A program made the position numbers and the translations under genes. Below the pieces are notes generated by a model. The model had not been told where the DNA came from and searched no databases. It worked only from the letters and a program-made list of their open reading frames with translations. From an uncultured Acidimicrobiaceae bacterium (GTDB taxonomy: Bacteria; Actinomycetota; Acidimicrobiia; Spongiisociales; ZC4RG35), in NCBI GenBank assembly GCA_964454615.1, contig CAYVTP010000001.1, forward strand, positions 3,070 to 67,069: a stretch of 64,000 nt of DNA, given 5' to 3'. Positions 28,135 through 38,904 of this stretch are shown in pieces; position 1 is the stretch's first letter, and the number at the start of each line of letters is the position of its first letter.

Positions 28135-29519
28135 GAGGCCGCCGCCCGGATGGCCGCGATCAGCTCTGCGGGCTCGAGGTCGGCGCCGAGGTCCATTGCG
28201 ATGTCCGGCGAGAGGCCGACGCCGCCGAAGTCGAGACCTCCCGGCGTCAGCCAGCGGGCCGTGGTCAGCCGGAGCGCCCCTCCATTCGCCAGGTTGAATC
28301 TCTGCTGCACGGTGTTCTTGCCGAAGGTGTTCTCGCCGAAGGCGGTCACCCGTTCCCGCTCCTGGAGGACCCCGACCACCACCTCCGACGCCGATGCACT
28401 CCCGCGGTTCACCACCACGTCGACCGGCATGTCGGCGGGGACTATGGACGCCCCCGACACCTGGAAGGTGAAGGTGCCCTCCGGGCCCTCGGTGGTCACC
28501 ACGTCGCCATCGGGAAGAAAGACCGAAGCCACGGCCACGGCCGTGTCCAGACGCCCGCCCGGGTTGCTACGGAAGTCGATCACCAGCCGCTCCACCCCCT
28601 CGGCGATGAGCTCGATGATCGCCGCCTGGAATCGCTCGTCGGCCAGCTCGGAGAAGGTGAGCAGCCGAACGTAGCCGGTGTCTCCCACCCGCTCCGAGGT
28701 GAGCGATGGGATCTCGATTCGCTCCCTCACGATCGGGATGCTCAGGATGGTTCCCTCCCGCTCCAAGGTCAGGGTGACCTGGGTGCCAGCCGGGCCCCGC
28801 ACCCGGGAGACGAGCTCGTCGATGGTCCAACCCATGATCGACTCGCCATCCACCGCAACCATGATGTCGTTGGCCATGACGCCGGCTGCCTGCGCCGGGC
28901 CACCGGCGATGGTGTCGACGATGATCAGGCGACACGTGTCCGAGATGGTCGAGCACTGCTTGTTGTCGCCGGGGATGGTCTCGTCCTCTGTGGTCACCTG
29001 CGCCCCGACCCCCTCCACCTGGCCACCCTCGGTCTGGAGGACCCGGATCAAGGTCTCCGGGTTGAGGTAGACGGAGTTCGGGTCCAGCGCATTGGCCACG
29101 AACCCGCCGACGATCAGCTCTGCGGTGTCGGCGCTGCCCAGGCCCAGTTCGGCGGCTGCCTCGCAGACGAGCACGAAGTCCTCCGAGGGGACGGCGCACA
29201 TGAGAGGCTCGGTGCTCTCACCCGGCTCGATCTCGGCGAAGGCATCCATGGCTGCTGCGGCGAGGACACCCGGCTCGATGTCGTCGACGTACCGGTCGAG
29301 GATCAACCCGAACGACTGGCAGACGATCACTATCTCGGCCGGAGGGTTGGTGCATCCGAAGGTCTCCACTTCGCGCCCGTTGTTGGAGGTGAAGCTGCTG
29401 GTAGTGGTGGTGGAGGGCGAAGTCGTGCTCGTCGTCGAGTCGGGCATGGCCGGAGAGCACGCCGCGACCAGCAGGATCAGGGCCAATCCGAACGCAGACC
29501 GTCGATTCACCGGACCCAT
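28131..29519 (-). CDS. S41 family C-terminal processing peptidase (lipoprotein, PDZ domain)
   Basis: Start [22 protein letters not shown] (cat at 29517-29519), Thr/Ser-rich linker, PDZ, S41 catalytic region [13 protein letters not shown]. The upstream in-frame extension is Pro/Arg-rich junk. Confidence 0.8.
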   Translation of the reverse strand: MGPVNRRSAFGLALILLVAACSPAMPDSTTSTTSPSTTTTSSFTSNNGREVETFGCTNPPAEIVIVCQSFGLILDRYVDDIEPGVLAAAAMDAFAEIEPGESTEPLMCAVPSEDFVLVCEAAAELGLGSADTAELIVGGFVANALDPNSVYLNPETLIRVLQTEGGQVEGVGAQVTTEDETIPGDNKQCSTISDTCRLIIVDTIAGGPAQAAGVMANDIMVAVDGESIMGWTIDELVSRVRGPAGTQVTLTLEREGTILSIPIVRERIEIPSLTSERVGDTGYVRLLTFSELADERFQAAIIELIAEGVERLVIDFRSNPGGRLDTAVAVASVFLPDGDVVTTEGPEGTFTFQVSGASIVPADMPVDVVVNRGSASASEVVVGVLQERERVTAFGENTFGKNTVQQRFNLANGGALRLTTARWLTPGGLDFGGVGLSPDIAMDLGADLEPAELIAAIRAAAS

Positions 29520-29548
29520 TATGTAGGGGCATCCGCCGTTACCGTGGG

Positions 29549-30616
29549 GTGATGGCGACAGCCGTGACCCTCCGGAGCCCCGACGGCACTGTGGTCTCCA
29601 GGGGCATCGACCGTGGCCTGTGGGTCGGTCCGGGCCGGGCTGCGGCGACAACGGTCGGAGAGGACCTGTGGGCCCTGCCCGGGCTGGTAGACGCCCATTC
29701 GCACATAGGGGCCGCCGAGTTGAACTACCGACCCGGCGAGCTGGAAGGCGCCATGGCCAGGGCACGGGAGGCCCTTGCGGCGGGGGTCACCCTGCTTCTC
29801 GACAAGGGATGGTTGGACGACACCGCGATCCAGGTCGCCGACCTGGTTCCCGAGGGCGAGCGCCCCGACATCGAGGCGGCACGTCATCTTCTCTCAACGC
29901 CCGACGGCTACTTCCCCGGGGCCGCCCGGGAGATAGAGGCGGGAGAGCTGCTGGCCGTCGCAGAGGAGGAGGCCGCCGCGGGGCTCGGGTGGGTCAAGCT
30001 GATCGGCGACTGGCCGCGAAAGGGTATGGGGCCGGTCGCCAACTTCACCGAGGACCAGATGCGGGCCGTCGTTGGGATGGCTGACGGTGTCGGCGCCCGC
30101 GTTGCCATCCACACCATGGCGAGGGACGCGCCGTCGATGGCGGTCGCCGCCGGTGTCCACTCGATCGAGCACGGTCTGTTCCTCGACGACGACGACATCG
30201 AGGCCCTGGGAGAGAGGGAAGGGATGTGGGTGCCCACCTTCCTCCGGGTCGAGGCGCTGGTGGCCCAGCTGGGGAGCGAGTCCAGCGGGGGTCGCCTCAT
30301 GGCAGAAGGCCTGGCTAACGCCTCCCGGCTTCTCCCCAGAGCGGTCGACGCGGGGGTGCTGGTGCTGGCCGGCACGGATCTGATCGGCACTCCAGCCAAT
30401 GTGGCCGCCGAGGCCTTGAAGATGGGCGAGTACGGGCTCACTGCCGAGCAGCTGGTCGAGGCCGTATCTGTCTCGGGTCTGCGGGCCACCGGCCGCCCGG
30501 TGGCATTCGAGATCGGTACCCCTGCCGATGCGGTGCTCTTCCCGGCCAACCCGGTCGTCGAGCCAAGCGTCATGGCCCATCCCCGGATGGTGATCCGGAA
30601 AGGCCGGGTGCTGTGA
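29549..30616 (+). CDS. amidohydrolase family metal-dependent hydrolase
   Basis: LVDAHSHIG (H-x-H metal site) and TIM-barrel hydrolase pattern. Confidence 0.75.
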   Translation: MMATAVTLRSPDGTVVSRGIDRGLWVGPGRAAATTVGEDLWALPGLVDAHSHIGAAELNYRPGELEGAMARAREALAAGVTLLLDKGWLDDTAIQVADLVPEGERPDIEAARHLLSTPDGYFPGAAREIEAGELLAVAEEEAAAGLGWVKLIGDWPRKGMGPVANFTEDQMRAVVGMADGVGARVAIHTMARDAPSMAVAAGVHSIEHGLFLDDDDIEALGEREGMWVPTFLRVEALVAQLGSESSGGRLMAEGLANASRLLPRAVDAGVLVLAGTDLIGTPANVAAEALKMGEYGLTAEQLVEAVSVSGLRATGRPVAFEIGTPADAVLFPANPVVEPSVMAHPRMVIRKGRVL

Positions 30617-30672
30617 ACCCACCCTCGAGCACACGGTCCGATCTCCTGGCGAGTTCCGGCCTGCTCTCCCTG

Positions 30673-30705
30673 CGTTCCTTAGGATTGGACGGCCATATCT
30701 GGCCG
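30673..30705 (+). repeat. REP/MITE-like palindromic repeat copy A (CGTTCCTTAGGATTGGACGGCCATATCTGGCCG)
   Basis: Identical over 33 nt to copy C in inverted orientation. Contains a 6-bp stem hairpin CGGCCA-tatc-TGGCCG. Confidence 0.85.
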
Positions 30706-30740
30706 ACTACGCGTTTCGTTCGAGTGGCAATCGGGGTGAT

Positions 30741-31331
30741 ATGAGGCTGGTGCTGGCTTCTGGCTCGCCGAGGCGTTCTGACCTACTGGCGAATTTGGGG
30801 GTGGTGTTCTCGGTGTCGGTGCCCGAGGTGGATGAGACCCGTCGGCCCGGCGAGGACCCCCATGGGTATGTCGAGAGGCTCGCCCGGGAGAAGGGCCTCG
30901 CCGCAGCCGCTCCTGGAGCGGTGACCGTGGGAGCGGACACCGTGGTGGTGATGGATGGCGTCATATTGGGCAAGCCGGGCCATCCCGCGGAGGCGCGTCG
31001 GATGCTCGACAGCCTCCAGGGCACCCGTCACGAAGTGGTGACCGGGATAGCAGTGGTCGACGGAGAGAGGATCGTCTCGTCGGTGGATTCGACGGAGGTG
31101 GTGATGCTCCCGATGACCGAATCCGAGATCAGCGACTACATCGATACCGGCGAGCCCATGGACAAGGCCGGCGCCTATGCCTTACAGGGTCGAGCTGGCC
31201 GCTTCATCGAATCTGTTCACGGCAGCCCCTTCACCGTAGTCGGCCTCCCAATCCACCTACTCGACAGACTGTTGGCTGCACTTGGGCACGATCTGCGCCA
31301 CTTCACATCCGCCACACCCCCCGTTCCTTAG
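30741..31331 (+). CDS. maf: Maf-like nucleoside triphosphate pyrophosphatase
   Basis: LASGSPRR N-terminal signature and full Maf similarity. Confidence 0.85.
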   Translation: MRLVLASGSPRRSDLLANLGVVFSVSVPEVDETRRPGEDPHGYVERLAREKGLAAAAPGAVTVGADTVVVMDGVILGKPGHPAEARRMLDSLQGTRHEVVTGIAVVDGERIVSSVDSTEVVMLPMTESEISDYIDTGEPMDKAGAYALQGRAGRFIESVHGSPFTVVGLPIHLLDRLLAALGHDLRHFTSATPPVP

Positions 31332-31356
31332 GATTGGCCGGCCAGATGTGGCCGGG
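31322..31356 (+). repeat. REP/MITE-like repeat copy B
   Basis: CGTTCCTTAGGATTGGCCGGCCAGATGTGGCCGGG. Forms an inverted pair with copy C 75 bp away (a composite ~145-bp hairpin). Confidence 0.85.
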
Positions 31357-31430
31357 AGCGCATCCGGTTCGCAAGGCCAACGTCCGGGCCTCCGCACCAC
31401 TCGGAGTGCCCTTCGAACCAAACCTGTATT

Positions 31431-31463
31431 CGGCCAGATATGGCCGTCCAATCCTAAGGAACG
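31431..31463 (-). repeat. REP/MITE-like repeat copy C
   Basis: The reverse complement equals copy A exactly. Confidence 0.85.
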
Positions 31464-31502
31464 CTGAGACAGCAGCCCCGCGCCAGCCACTATGTTGGCC
31501 CG

Positions 31503-31913
31503 ATGGAGAATCCGTTCGCCGACAGAACCACCTTCGTCCAGCACACCGGGATCGAAGTGACCGAGGTCACAGTCGACATGGCGCGCGGTCGCCTCGAGAT
31601 CAACGAGAACCACCATCAGCCCTACGGGGTGGTACACGGAGGCGTCTACTGCACCCTCGCCGAGACGATCGCCTCGTTCGGAGCCGCCACCTGGGCCACC
31701 TCCGAGGGGTTCCTCGGCGCTGTGGGGGTCTCCAACACGACCGACTTCCTGCGGGCGACCACGGAGGGGGTCCTGGTCGCCGAAGCCACCCCCATCCATC
31801 GCGGCAGGACTCAGCAACTCTGGGAGGTGGTCACCACCCGGGAGGACGATGGCAAGATGGTGGCCCACAGCCAGGTCCGCCTCCACAACGTCTCCGACAT
31901 GTCCGCGTTCTGA
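31503..31913 (+). CDS. PaaI-family hotdog-fold thioesterase
   Basis: 136 aa; HGGVYCTLAET motif typical of PaaI/YbgC-like thioesterases. Confidence 0.75.
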   Translation: MENPFADRTTFVQHTGIEVTEVTVDMARGRLEINENHHQPYGVVHGGVYCTLAETIASFGAATWATSEGFLGAVGVSNTTDFLRATTEGVLVAEATPIHRGRTQQLWEVVTTREDDGKMVAHSQVRLHNVSDMSAF

Positions 31914-31943
31914 GGGCGCCGACCCTCACCTCGACCTGAACAG

Positions 31944-32459
31944 CTACCAGGTCTCCCGGTGGACGATCTCCCCCAGCGGTCGCCGGCTCGGGTTCTCGAT
32001 CACACCGAGAGGTCGGTCCGCCGGGTAGCCGAGAGACATCAGGTAGGCGCAGAAGTAGCCCTCCGGGAAGCCGAGCAGCGTGCGGGCAAGCGCCTCGTCG
32101 GAGACCGAGGCGTGGCAGCTCCCTATACCCAGGTCGGCTGCGGTGAGCATCATCGACATGACGGCATGCCCCAGGTCGAACTGGGCGAGGTCGATCCATC
32201 GACCCTCCAGGGTGTCGGGCACGATGAACGCCACCGTGGCCTGAGACCCGGCCACGTGCCAGGCACCCCGCCAGACACCGGTCAGTTCCCGGAGCCGGTT
32301 CCTGTCGGTGACCACGACGAAATCCCACGGCTGAGTGTTCTTGGCCGACGGAGCTCGCCGTCCTGCTTCGAGGATCCTGTCGAGATCATCGGCGGCCAGC
32401 GGTCGGTCGCTGAACTCGCGGACGTTACGTCTCGACCTGACTGCGTCCCATGTCTCCAA
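31944..32459 (-). CDS. nitroreductase family protein
   Basis: 171 aa; nitroreductase fold signature (RRSVREF..., SAKNTQPW). TTG start. Confidence 0.7.
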   Translation of the reverse strand: METWDAVRSRRNVREFSDRPLAADDLDRILEAGRRAPSAKNTQPWDFVVVTDRNRLRELTGVWRGAWHVAGSQATVAFIVPDTLEGRWIDLAQFDLGHAVMSMMLTAADLGIGSCHASVSDEALARTLLGFPEGYFCAYLMSLGYPADRPLGVIENPSRRPLGEIVHRETW

Positions 32460-32523
32460 ATGCCGCTCCCTGATTGCTGTACCCGGGTGAATCTAGACCT
32501 CCAGTGACGTAGTCTCCCCAGGG

Positions 32524-34191
32524 ATGATCGATCTCACCTTCCCACTCAAGGCCCCACATGGCCCCGGCCTGAACACCAAAGGATGGCTCCAGGAGGGCGC
32601 CCTGCGCTGCTTGCTCAACAACCTCGACCCTGAGGTGGCCGAGGATCCCGACAATCTGATCGTCTATGGCGGCAGGGGGAAGGCCGCTCGCGATCATGCC
32701 TCACTGCGGGCGATCGTGGCCACACTCGAGCGTCTGGAGAACGACGAGACCCTTCTGGTCCAGTCGGGGAAACCGGTGGGCGTTTTCCGGACACACGACA
32801 TGGCGCCGAGGGTGCTGATCGCAAACAGCCTGCTGGTTCCGAAGTGGGCCACCCTGGAGCACTTCTGGGAGCTGGAGGCGGCCGGTCTCACCATGTACGG
32901 GCAGATGACGGCCGGGTCGTGGATCTACATCGGCACCCAGGGCATCCTCCAGGGGACTTTCCAGACTTTCGCCGCCATCGCCGAGAAGCTGTTTGGCGGC
33001 TCACTCGCCGGGACCGTCACTCTCACCGGGGGACTGGGAGGCATGGGCGGGGCCCAGCCGTTGGCCATCACCATGAACGGTGGGGTGGCCATCTGCGTGG
33101 AGGTGGACCCGCACCGGATCGAGCGCCGCCTCGAGACCCGCTATCTCGATGTCTCCGCCGACACGGTGGAAGAGGCGGTCGAGATGGCCATGGCCGCAAA
33201 GAGGGAGCGACGGGCCCTCTCCATCGGGGTGCTCGGGAATGCCGCCGAGCTGTTCCCCCAGATCCAGGAGATGGGGGTCGATATGGACATCGTCACCGAC
33301 CAGACCTCGGCTCACGATCCCCTCTACGGGTATGTGCCGGCCGGATACGACCTGGAGGAGGCCCAGCGGCTTCGCCATGACGATCCCGACACCTATATCA
33401 AGGCCGCCAGGGAGTCGATGGCGACCCAGTGCGAGGCGATGGTGGCCTTCCAGGCTGCCGGCTCGGAAGTCTTCGACTACGGCAACAACCTGCGTGGGGA
33501 AGCTCTCACTGCGGGGTTCGCCGACGCCTTCTCCTATCCCGGCTTCGTCCCCGCCTACATCCGGGATCTGTTCTGTGAGGGATCGGGGCCCTTCCGTTGG
33601 GTGGCCCTCAGCGGTGACCGTGCCGACATCGCCGAGACCGATCGGGCCCTCCTCGATCTCTTCCCCGATAACGCCTCGCTGGCGCGCTGGATCGAGATGG
33701 CCAGGGAGAGAGTCCAGTTCCAGGGGCTGCCCGCCAGGATCTGTTGGCTCTCATACGGGGAGAGGCATCTGGCAGGGCTTCGCTTCAACGACCTGGTCGC
33801 CAAAGGCAAGGTCTCGACGCCGATCGTGATCGGGCGGGACCATCTCGACTCTGGCTCGGTTGCCTCCCCGTTCCGGGAGACCGAGTCCATGGCCGACGGA
33901 TCCGATGCGATCGCAGACTGGCCGATCCTCAACGCGATGCTCAACGTGTCCTCTGGGGCGGCCTGGGTGGCGGTCCATCACGGCGGGGGAGTGGGCATCG
34001 GGAACTCGATCCACTCTGGCGCCCAGGTGGTTGCCGACGGGACCGCTCAGGGTGCCTTCCGGGTGGAGCGAGTCCTCACCAATGACCCTGGCACCGGGGT
34101 GATGCGCCACGCCGATGCCGGATACGAGACCGCACGACGCGTTGCCCGGGAACGCGGCGTCGACATCCCGATGCTCGATGGCGTTAGTTGA
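32524..34191 (+). CDS. hutU: urocanate hydratase
   Basis: Full-length HutU similarity ([13 protein letters not shown]..., [12 protein letters not shown]..., [18 protein letters not shown]). Confidence 0.9.
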   Translation: MIDLTFPLKAPHGPGLNTKGWLQEGALRCLLNNLDPEVAEDPDNLIVYGGRGKAARDHASLRAIVATLERLENDETLLVQSGKPVGVFRTHDMAPRVLIANSLLVPKWATLEHFWELEAAGLTMYGQMTAGSWIYIGTQGILQGTFQTFAAIAEKLFGGSLAGTVTLTGGLGGMGGAQPLAITMNGGVAICVEVDPHRIERRLETRYLDVSADTVEEAVEMAMAAKRERRALSIGVLGNAAELFPQIQEMGVDMDIVTDQTSAHDPLYGYVPAGYDLEEAQRLRHDDPDTYIKAARESMATQCEAMVAFQAAGSEVFDYGNNLRGEALTAGFADAFSYPGFVPAYIRDLFCEGSGPFRWVALSGDRADIAETDRALLDLFPDNASLARWIEMARERVQFQGLPARICWLSYGERHLAGLRFNDLVAKGKVSTPIVIGRDHLDSGSVASPFRETESMADGSDAIADWPILNAMLNVSSGAAWVAVHHGGGVGIGNSIHSGAQVVADGTAQGAFRVERVLTNDPGTGVMRHADAGYETARRVARERGVDIPMLDGVS

Positions 34192-35077
34192 CCCCCACTG
34201 GCCCCGGGCCGACGCCTGGCTGGCGTCCGACCACCCCGATGCCAGGTTGCTGGTTGTCGGTGTGCCGTCGTCGAAGGCCTCGTTGTCGCCTTCCAGGGCA
34301 GACCTGACACCCGGCGCGGTTCGGGATCGGCTGTCGCGGTTCTCCACCTATCACGGCGAGATGGATGTCGACCTGGGTGCTCTGAGTGTTCGTGACCTCG
34401 GGAACTGGCCTGTCTCGGAGCTCGACATGCATGAGATGCCCGGCGAGGTCCGGTCACGGGCGGCGGCTCTGCCGTCCTTGGATCTGGTGGCCTTCCTCGG
34501 CGGCGACAACGCGATAACCCGTCCACTGGTTGCCTCCCGTGGCCCCGACCTGTCGAAGGTGGGGGTGATCACTTTCGATGCCCACCATGACGTCCGTTCG
34601 CTGGGGAACGGGCCGACCAATGGGACGCCGATCAGGGGGCTCATCGAGGAGGAGGGGCTCCCCGGCGAAAGTGTGGCGCAGATCGGGATCCACTCCTTCG
34701 CCAACTCGGCTGCCTACAGGTCTTACTGTGACGAGAAGGGCATCGGGATCTTCACCGTCGCCGATGTCGAGCGTCTCGGAGTCGATGTGGTGGTCGAATC
34801 GGCCCTGAACCGGCTGCGTCATTGCGACTGGATCCACGTCGACGTCGACGTGGACGTGCTGGACAGGTCCTTTGCTCCCGGTTGCCCGGGGGCCCGTCCA
34901 GGCGGTCTGACGGTGCGGCAGCTGGCAACCGGAGTGGCGCGCTGCACTGCCGACCCGAGGGTCAGGGCGATCGACTTCGTCGAGGTGGACGCGGCCGCCG
35001 ACGTCGGCCACCAGACCCTCGACATCCTCGCCCACCTGTTTCTCACCGCGGCCGCCGGTTTGGCGCGCCGTCTCTGA
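34178..35077 (+). CDS. hutG: arginase-family ureohydrolase, probable formimidoylglutamase
   Basis: Mn-binding motifs FDAHHD and DVDVLD; adjacent to hutU. ATG at 34178 overlaps the hutU stop. Confidence 0.75.
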   Translation: MALVDPHWPRADAWLASDHPDARLLVVGVPSSKASLSPSRADLTPGAVRDRLSRFSTYHGEMDVDLGALSVRDLGNWPVSELDMHEMPGEVRSRAAALPSLDLVAFLGGDNAITRPLVASRGPDLSKVGVITFDAHHDVRSLGNGPTNGTPIRGLIEEEGLPGESVAQIGIHSFANSAAYRSYCDEKGIGIFTVADVERLGVDVVVESALNRLRHCDWIHVDVDVDVLDRSFAPGCPGARPGGLTVRQLATGVARCTADPRVRAIDFVEVDAAADVGHQTLDILAHLFLTAAAGLARRL

Positions 35078-35091
35078 TCCCACCTTTCCCG

Positions 35092-35124
35092 CTTCCTTAG
35101 GATTGGTCGGCCAGATCTGGCTGG
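35092..35124 (+). repeat. REP/MITE-like repeat copy D
   Basis: CTTCCTTAGGATTGGTCGGCCAGATCTGGCTGG. Lies between the convergent hutG and DUF559 genes. Confidence 0.8.
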
Positions 35125-35149
35125 ATCAGCCCGCGGAATGGGCATCAGT

Positions 35150-36094
35150 TCAGGATCCGAGGACCACCGCGCCCGAGAGAGTGGACGGCTCATTGTCGAG
35201 GGCTGCGGTGATGGCCCGGACCACATAGATCGGCCTGGTCTCGATGTCCTCCCAGGTGAAACGGAGGATTCGCCAGCCGGCGATCTGAGCGAGGTTGTCC
35301 CGTACGCGGTCCTTCTGGAAGTGCTCGGGGGTTCCGTGGTACTTCATGCTGTCGCCTTCGATCACAAGTCGGTGCTCGGGGTAGGCGAGATCCACCCGCC
35401 CGCTGACATGGCTAAGCCACTCGGGGCGGTACTGCATCCTTGGAAGTGGGAGGCCTTCCGTTCGGATCAACTCGATGAGCCGGGTTTCGAGGACACTCTC
35501 CGAGACGAAAGCACTCGAGCGCTGGTCGAGGATCGAGCGGAGTTTCACCACGCCAGGCTTTCCTCTCCGCGCAAGGGAGGCGAGGAGCTGGGAGATCTCG
35601 TCGTAGGTGGTGAGCTTGCGGTGTACCCCTTGGTCGACGACATCGGCCAGCTTCTTAGGCGGGAGAACGGCTGCCAGGTCGACGATGGTGCGTGCCGTGG
35701 TTGTGACGGGAAGCTCCTGCAGCTCGACCACGTGCTCGGGTTGGAGGTCTGTGGACTGGTGAACGGTCACACCGTTGAGGCGGTTGCTTCGTCGTACCGG
35801 GACCGACACAGTGACCAGCTCAGGGTTCAGCCCGGTCATGCCGAGGAGGCGGGTCGCCGAGTGATGCGACACGACAGCTCCCAGGGTCGCGCATGCGGCT
35901 CTGAGCATCGGCAATTCGCCGAGCAGGACCCCCGGCAGCCCGAGCACGCGCCGGTTGATTGCGACCAATCGGCCTTCATCGATCCGCCTCCCAATGGTCC
36001 TTGGCGACATGCCCATCGCCATGGCCTTCTCACGTGAGATCACCCCGGCGTTGCGATACATGAAGTCGTAGACCCGCCGTTCCGCCTCTCCCAT
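35150..36094 (-). CDS. DUF559 endonuclease-like protein with N-terminal AbiEi-like wHTH domain
   Basis: N-terminal AbiEi_4-like region, C-terminal DUF559 (Vsr-like REase fold) pattern. Flanked by inverted copies of the 33-bp repeat. Confidence 0.7.
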   Translation of the reverse strand: MGEAERRVYDFMYRNAGVISREKAMAMGMSPRTIGRRIDEGRLVAINRRVLGLPGVLLGELPMLRAACATLGAVVSHHSATRLLGMTGLNPELVTVSVPVRRSNRLNGVTVHQSTDLQPEHVVELQELPVTTTARTIVDLAAVLPPKKLADVVDQGVHRKLTTYDEISQLLASLARRGKPGVVKLRSILDQRSSAFVSESVLETRLIELIRTEGLPLPRMQYRPEWLSHVSGRVDLAYPEHRLVIEGDSMKYHGTPEHFQKDRVRDNLAQIAGWRILRFTWEDIETRPIYVVRAITAALDNEPSTLSGAVVLGS

Positions 36095-36153
36095 CCCGAC
36101 GATCGTGGCGGATCTGAGTCGACTTCGGAAGACCCACGTGAACCAAACGCGTT

Positions 36154-36188
36154 CCCGGCCAGATATGGCCGCCCGATCCTAAGGTTCG
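36154..36188 (-). repeat. REP/MITE-like repeat copy E
   Basis: Reverse complement CGAACCTTAGGATCGGGCGGCCATATCTGGCCGGG. Inverted relative to copy D; together they flank the DUF559 gene. Confidence 0.8.
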
Positions 36189-36193
36189 GGGAG

Positions 36194-37306
36194 TTAACCC
36201 CCGCTGACGGCCTCCTCGGCCTCCCGTGGCGGGATGGCGGTGCTGGTTCGGGAGGTGAGGTAGCCGTCGGGGAGCCGGACCGGGCGGGGACCTTGGGAGT
36301 GGCCGCGGACCATGCGGGCGGCCTCGAGCGGGTAGGGGATGTCGGGGTCGAGGCCCGATACGAGGTCCTCGACCTGGGACAGGGACGAAGCGTTGGAGAG
36401 GGCCTCACGGACTGCGGGCCCGACCGGGAACCCTTTCAGGTACCAGGAAGGGTGTCTCCGGAACAGGATGATCCCGTAGTCGCCGAAGTGGTCGACCAGC
36501 AGCGAGGCATGGCGCACCATGATCGCCGCCACCTCCCCCAGACTGGGGGGCGGGGCCGGCTCCCGGCCCGCCATCAAGTCGGCCAGGTCGCGGAACAGCC
36601 ACGGACGTCCCAAACACCCCCTGCCGACCACGACACCGTCGCAGCCGGTCCGGGCCATCATCTCCATGGCGTCCTCTGCCACCCATATGTCGCCGTTGCC
36701 GAGGACCGGGATCGTGGTCACGGTCTCCTTGAGTCGGGCGATCGCCGGCCAGTCGGCAGCGCCGCTGTAGAGCTGGCGGGCGGTCCGGGCGTGGAGCGCC
36801 ACCGCGGACACCCCCTCATCCTCAGCGATGAGCCCCGCATCCAGGTAGGTGGGGTGGTCGTCGTCGATCCCCATGCGAAACTTGACGGTCACCGGAACCG
36901 GCCCCGCGTTCGACACCGCAGCCCTTACGATCGCCCGGAACAGGTCGGTCTTCCAGGGGAGCGCCGCCCCTCCGCCATGCCGCGTGACCTTGCCCATGGG
37001 GCATCCAAAGTTCATGTCGATGTGGTCGACACCGTGCTCGGCCACCAGGACTGCCACTGCCCCTCCGAGACTGGCCGGATCGGTCCCGTACAACTGGATC
37101 GAGCGGGGCCGCTCGTCGTGGGCGAAGCGGGCCATGTCCAGAGTCTTGACGTTGCCTTCGGCCAGTCCTCTGGCCCCGATCATCTCCGACACGTAGAGCC
37201 CGGCCCCGAACTCCCGGCACAGCCGGCGGAACGGAGAGTTCGTGACCCCTGCCATGGGGGCGAGAACTACGGGCGGGTCGACTGCGAGCGGGCCGATCCT
37301 GAGCAC
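36194..37306 (-). CDS. dus: tRNA-dihydrouridine synthase
   Basis: Dus signature (LAPMAGVTNSPFR..., DMNFGCP..., GNGDI). GTG start. Confidence 0.85.
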   Translation of the reverse strand: MLRIGPLAVDPPVVLAPMAGVTNSPFRRLCREFGAGLYVSEMIGARGLAEGNVKTLDMARFAHDERPRSIQLYGTDPASLGGAVAVLVAEHGVDHIDMNFGCPMGKVTRHGGGAALPWKTDLFRAIVRAAVSNAGPVPVTVKFRMGIDDDHPTYLDAGLIAEDEGVSAVALHARTARQLYSGAADWPAIARLKETVTTIPVLGNGDIWVAEDAMEMMARTGCDGVVVGRGCLGRPWLFRDLADLMAGREPAPPPSLGEVAAIMVRHASLLVDHFGDYGIILFRRHPSWYLKGFPVGPAVREALSNASSLSQVEDLVSGLDPDIPYPLEAARMVRGHSQGPRPVRLPDGYLTSRTSTAIPPREAEEAVSGG

Positions 37307-37309
37307 GGC

Positions 37310-38077
37310 CTACTTTCTCAGCAGGCCGTCGAATCGCCGGGCGGCGATGGTCGCCCCGGTCAACCCGAGGGCGAGCAGGTAGGCGGCGTGCCCGAGGATG
37401 CTCCAGTCGATGATGCCGAGCGACAGCGACCTGAGAAGCTCGTTGCCGTGGTAGAGGGGCGAGAGGCGCACGAGGACCTGGAGGGCCGGCGGGTAGACGT
37501 CGATGGGGAAGAAGGTCGCCGAGAACAGGAACAGGGGCATGGTGGCCAGTGTCACTAGGTCGAAGTCCTGCCACGAACGCATCCAGGTGCAGGCGGCGAG
37601 CCCCATGCCACCGAAGGCAAAGCCCACCAGGAAGGCACCGGGGACGGTGAGGACCGACCACCAGGTCTCGGTCAGGCCCATGACCACCAGCATCACCAGG
37701 AAGACGATGGAGTACAGGACCCCACGGAACAGGGCCCAGCCGATCTCGCCGACGGCGATGTCCCTGGTGCTCATCGGGGTGGTGAGGATGCCCTCGTACA
37801 CCTTGCCGAACTTGAGTTTGAAGAAGATGTTGAAGGTGGTCTCCATCACAGCCCCGTTCATGGCCGAGGTGGCCATCAGCGCCGGGGCCACGAACGCGGT
37901 GTAGGCCACCACCTGGCCGCCGGGCAGCTCCAGGTCGCCGATCAGGGCCCCGATGCCGACGCCGATGGCGAGGAGGTAGAAGACGGGCTCGAAGAACCCG
38001 GTGACGATCACCTTCCAATACCTCTTTGCTGCGAGCAGGTTGCGTTCCCAGAGGCGCTGTGCACGAAGGTCTGTCAT
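37310..38077 (-). CDS. ABC-2 type transporter permease
   Basis: 255 aa, 6 TM. Start MTDLRAQRLW (cat at 38075-38077); the 38078..38638 in-frame extension is not coding. Confidence 0.7.
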   Translation of the reverse strand: MTDLRAQRLWERNLLAAKRYWKVIVTGFFEPVFYLLAIGVGIGALIGDLELPGGQVVAYTAFVAPALMATSAMNGAVMETTFNIFFKLKFGKVYEGILTTPMSTRDIAVGEIGWALFRGVLYSIVFLVMLVVMGLTETWWSVLTVPGAFLVGFAFGGMGLAACTWMRSWQDFDLVTLATMPLFLFSATFFPIDVYPPALQVLVRLSPLYHGNELLRSLSLGIIDWSILGHAAYLLALGLTGATIAARRFDGLLRK

Positions 38078-38115
38078 GCGGCCGGTGGGGGTGATGCGGG
38101 TCGGTGCCGAGACGC

Positions 38116-38904
38116 TCACGGGCGGAGCTTTCTGTCGAGGAGGCGTCGGGCGAAGAGGACTCCAACAGTGGTCATGGTCAACAGGTAGGCGAAGTGGACC
38201 CAGATGGGGAGGCTGGTGATCATCTCGGGGGCGATGTCGGGAAGGGCGATCTTCCTCACCAGTTCGACGCCGTGGAACAGTGGCGTGATGTATGCCACAC
38301 CCTGGAAGAACGCCGGCAGGTTGCTTATCGGGAAGAAGGTCCCTGAGAAGAGGAACAGCGGCATGATGCCGAAGCGGAACACGTTGGTGAGGCCCATCTC
38401 GCTCTTGATGGTGATGGTGTAGGCGGTCATGGAGACGGTGAAGGCCAGTCCGGTGAGAACGGCCGGGGGGATGGCGAGCAACGCAGTGCGGAGCTCTAGG
38501 GCGCCGAGCAGGCTGGCGATGACGGTGAACACCGAGAGGATGAAGGTGAGCCTGATGACGGCCCACACCGCCCGGCCCTGGACGATGTCCGCTGCCGACA
38601 TGGGGGTGGTGATGGTGGCGTGGAACTCCTTGCGCCACTTGATGCCGGCCATCACCGGGAAGGCACCGTCACTGGCCCCCGCCTGCATGGCGTTGGCGGC
38701 CATCAGCCCGGTGGCCACGAAGGTGAGGTAGGGCACACCGAGGCCGGCATCGCCGCGGTCGACCAGCGACCCGATCCCCATGCCCATGGCCGACAGGAAG
38801 AACACCGGGTTGACGAAGCTGGAGATGACCGTGCCCCGCCAGGTACGGCGGTAGGCGATCAGCTCGGCTTCCACCACCCTGAGTGAGCGGGTGAGGGCGG
38901 TCAT
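38116..38904 (-). CDS. ABC-2 type transporter permease
   Basis: 262 aa, 6 TM. ATGA overlap with the upstream ATPase gene. Confidence 0.7.
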   Translation of the reverse strand: MTALTRSLRVVEAELIAYRRTWRGTVISSFVNPVFFLSAMGMGIGSLVDRGDAGLGVPYLTFVATGLMAANAMQAGASDGAFPVMAGIKWRKEFHATITTPMSAADIVQGRAVWAVIRLTFILSVFTVIASLLGALELRTALLAIPPAVLTGLAFTVSMTAYTITIKSEMGLTNVFRFGIMPLFLFSGTFFPISNLPAFFQGVAYITPLFHGVELVRKIALPDIAPEMITSLPIWVHFAYLLTMTTVGVLFARRLLDRKLRP

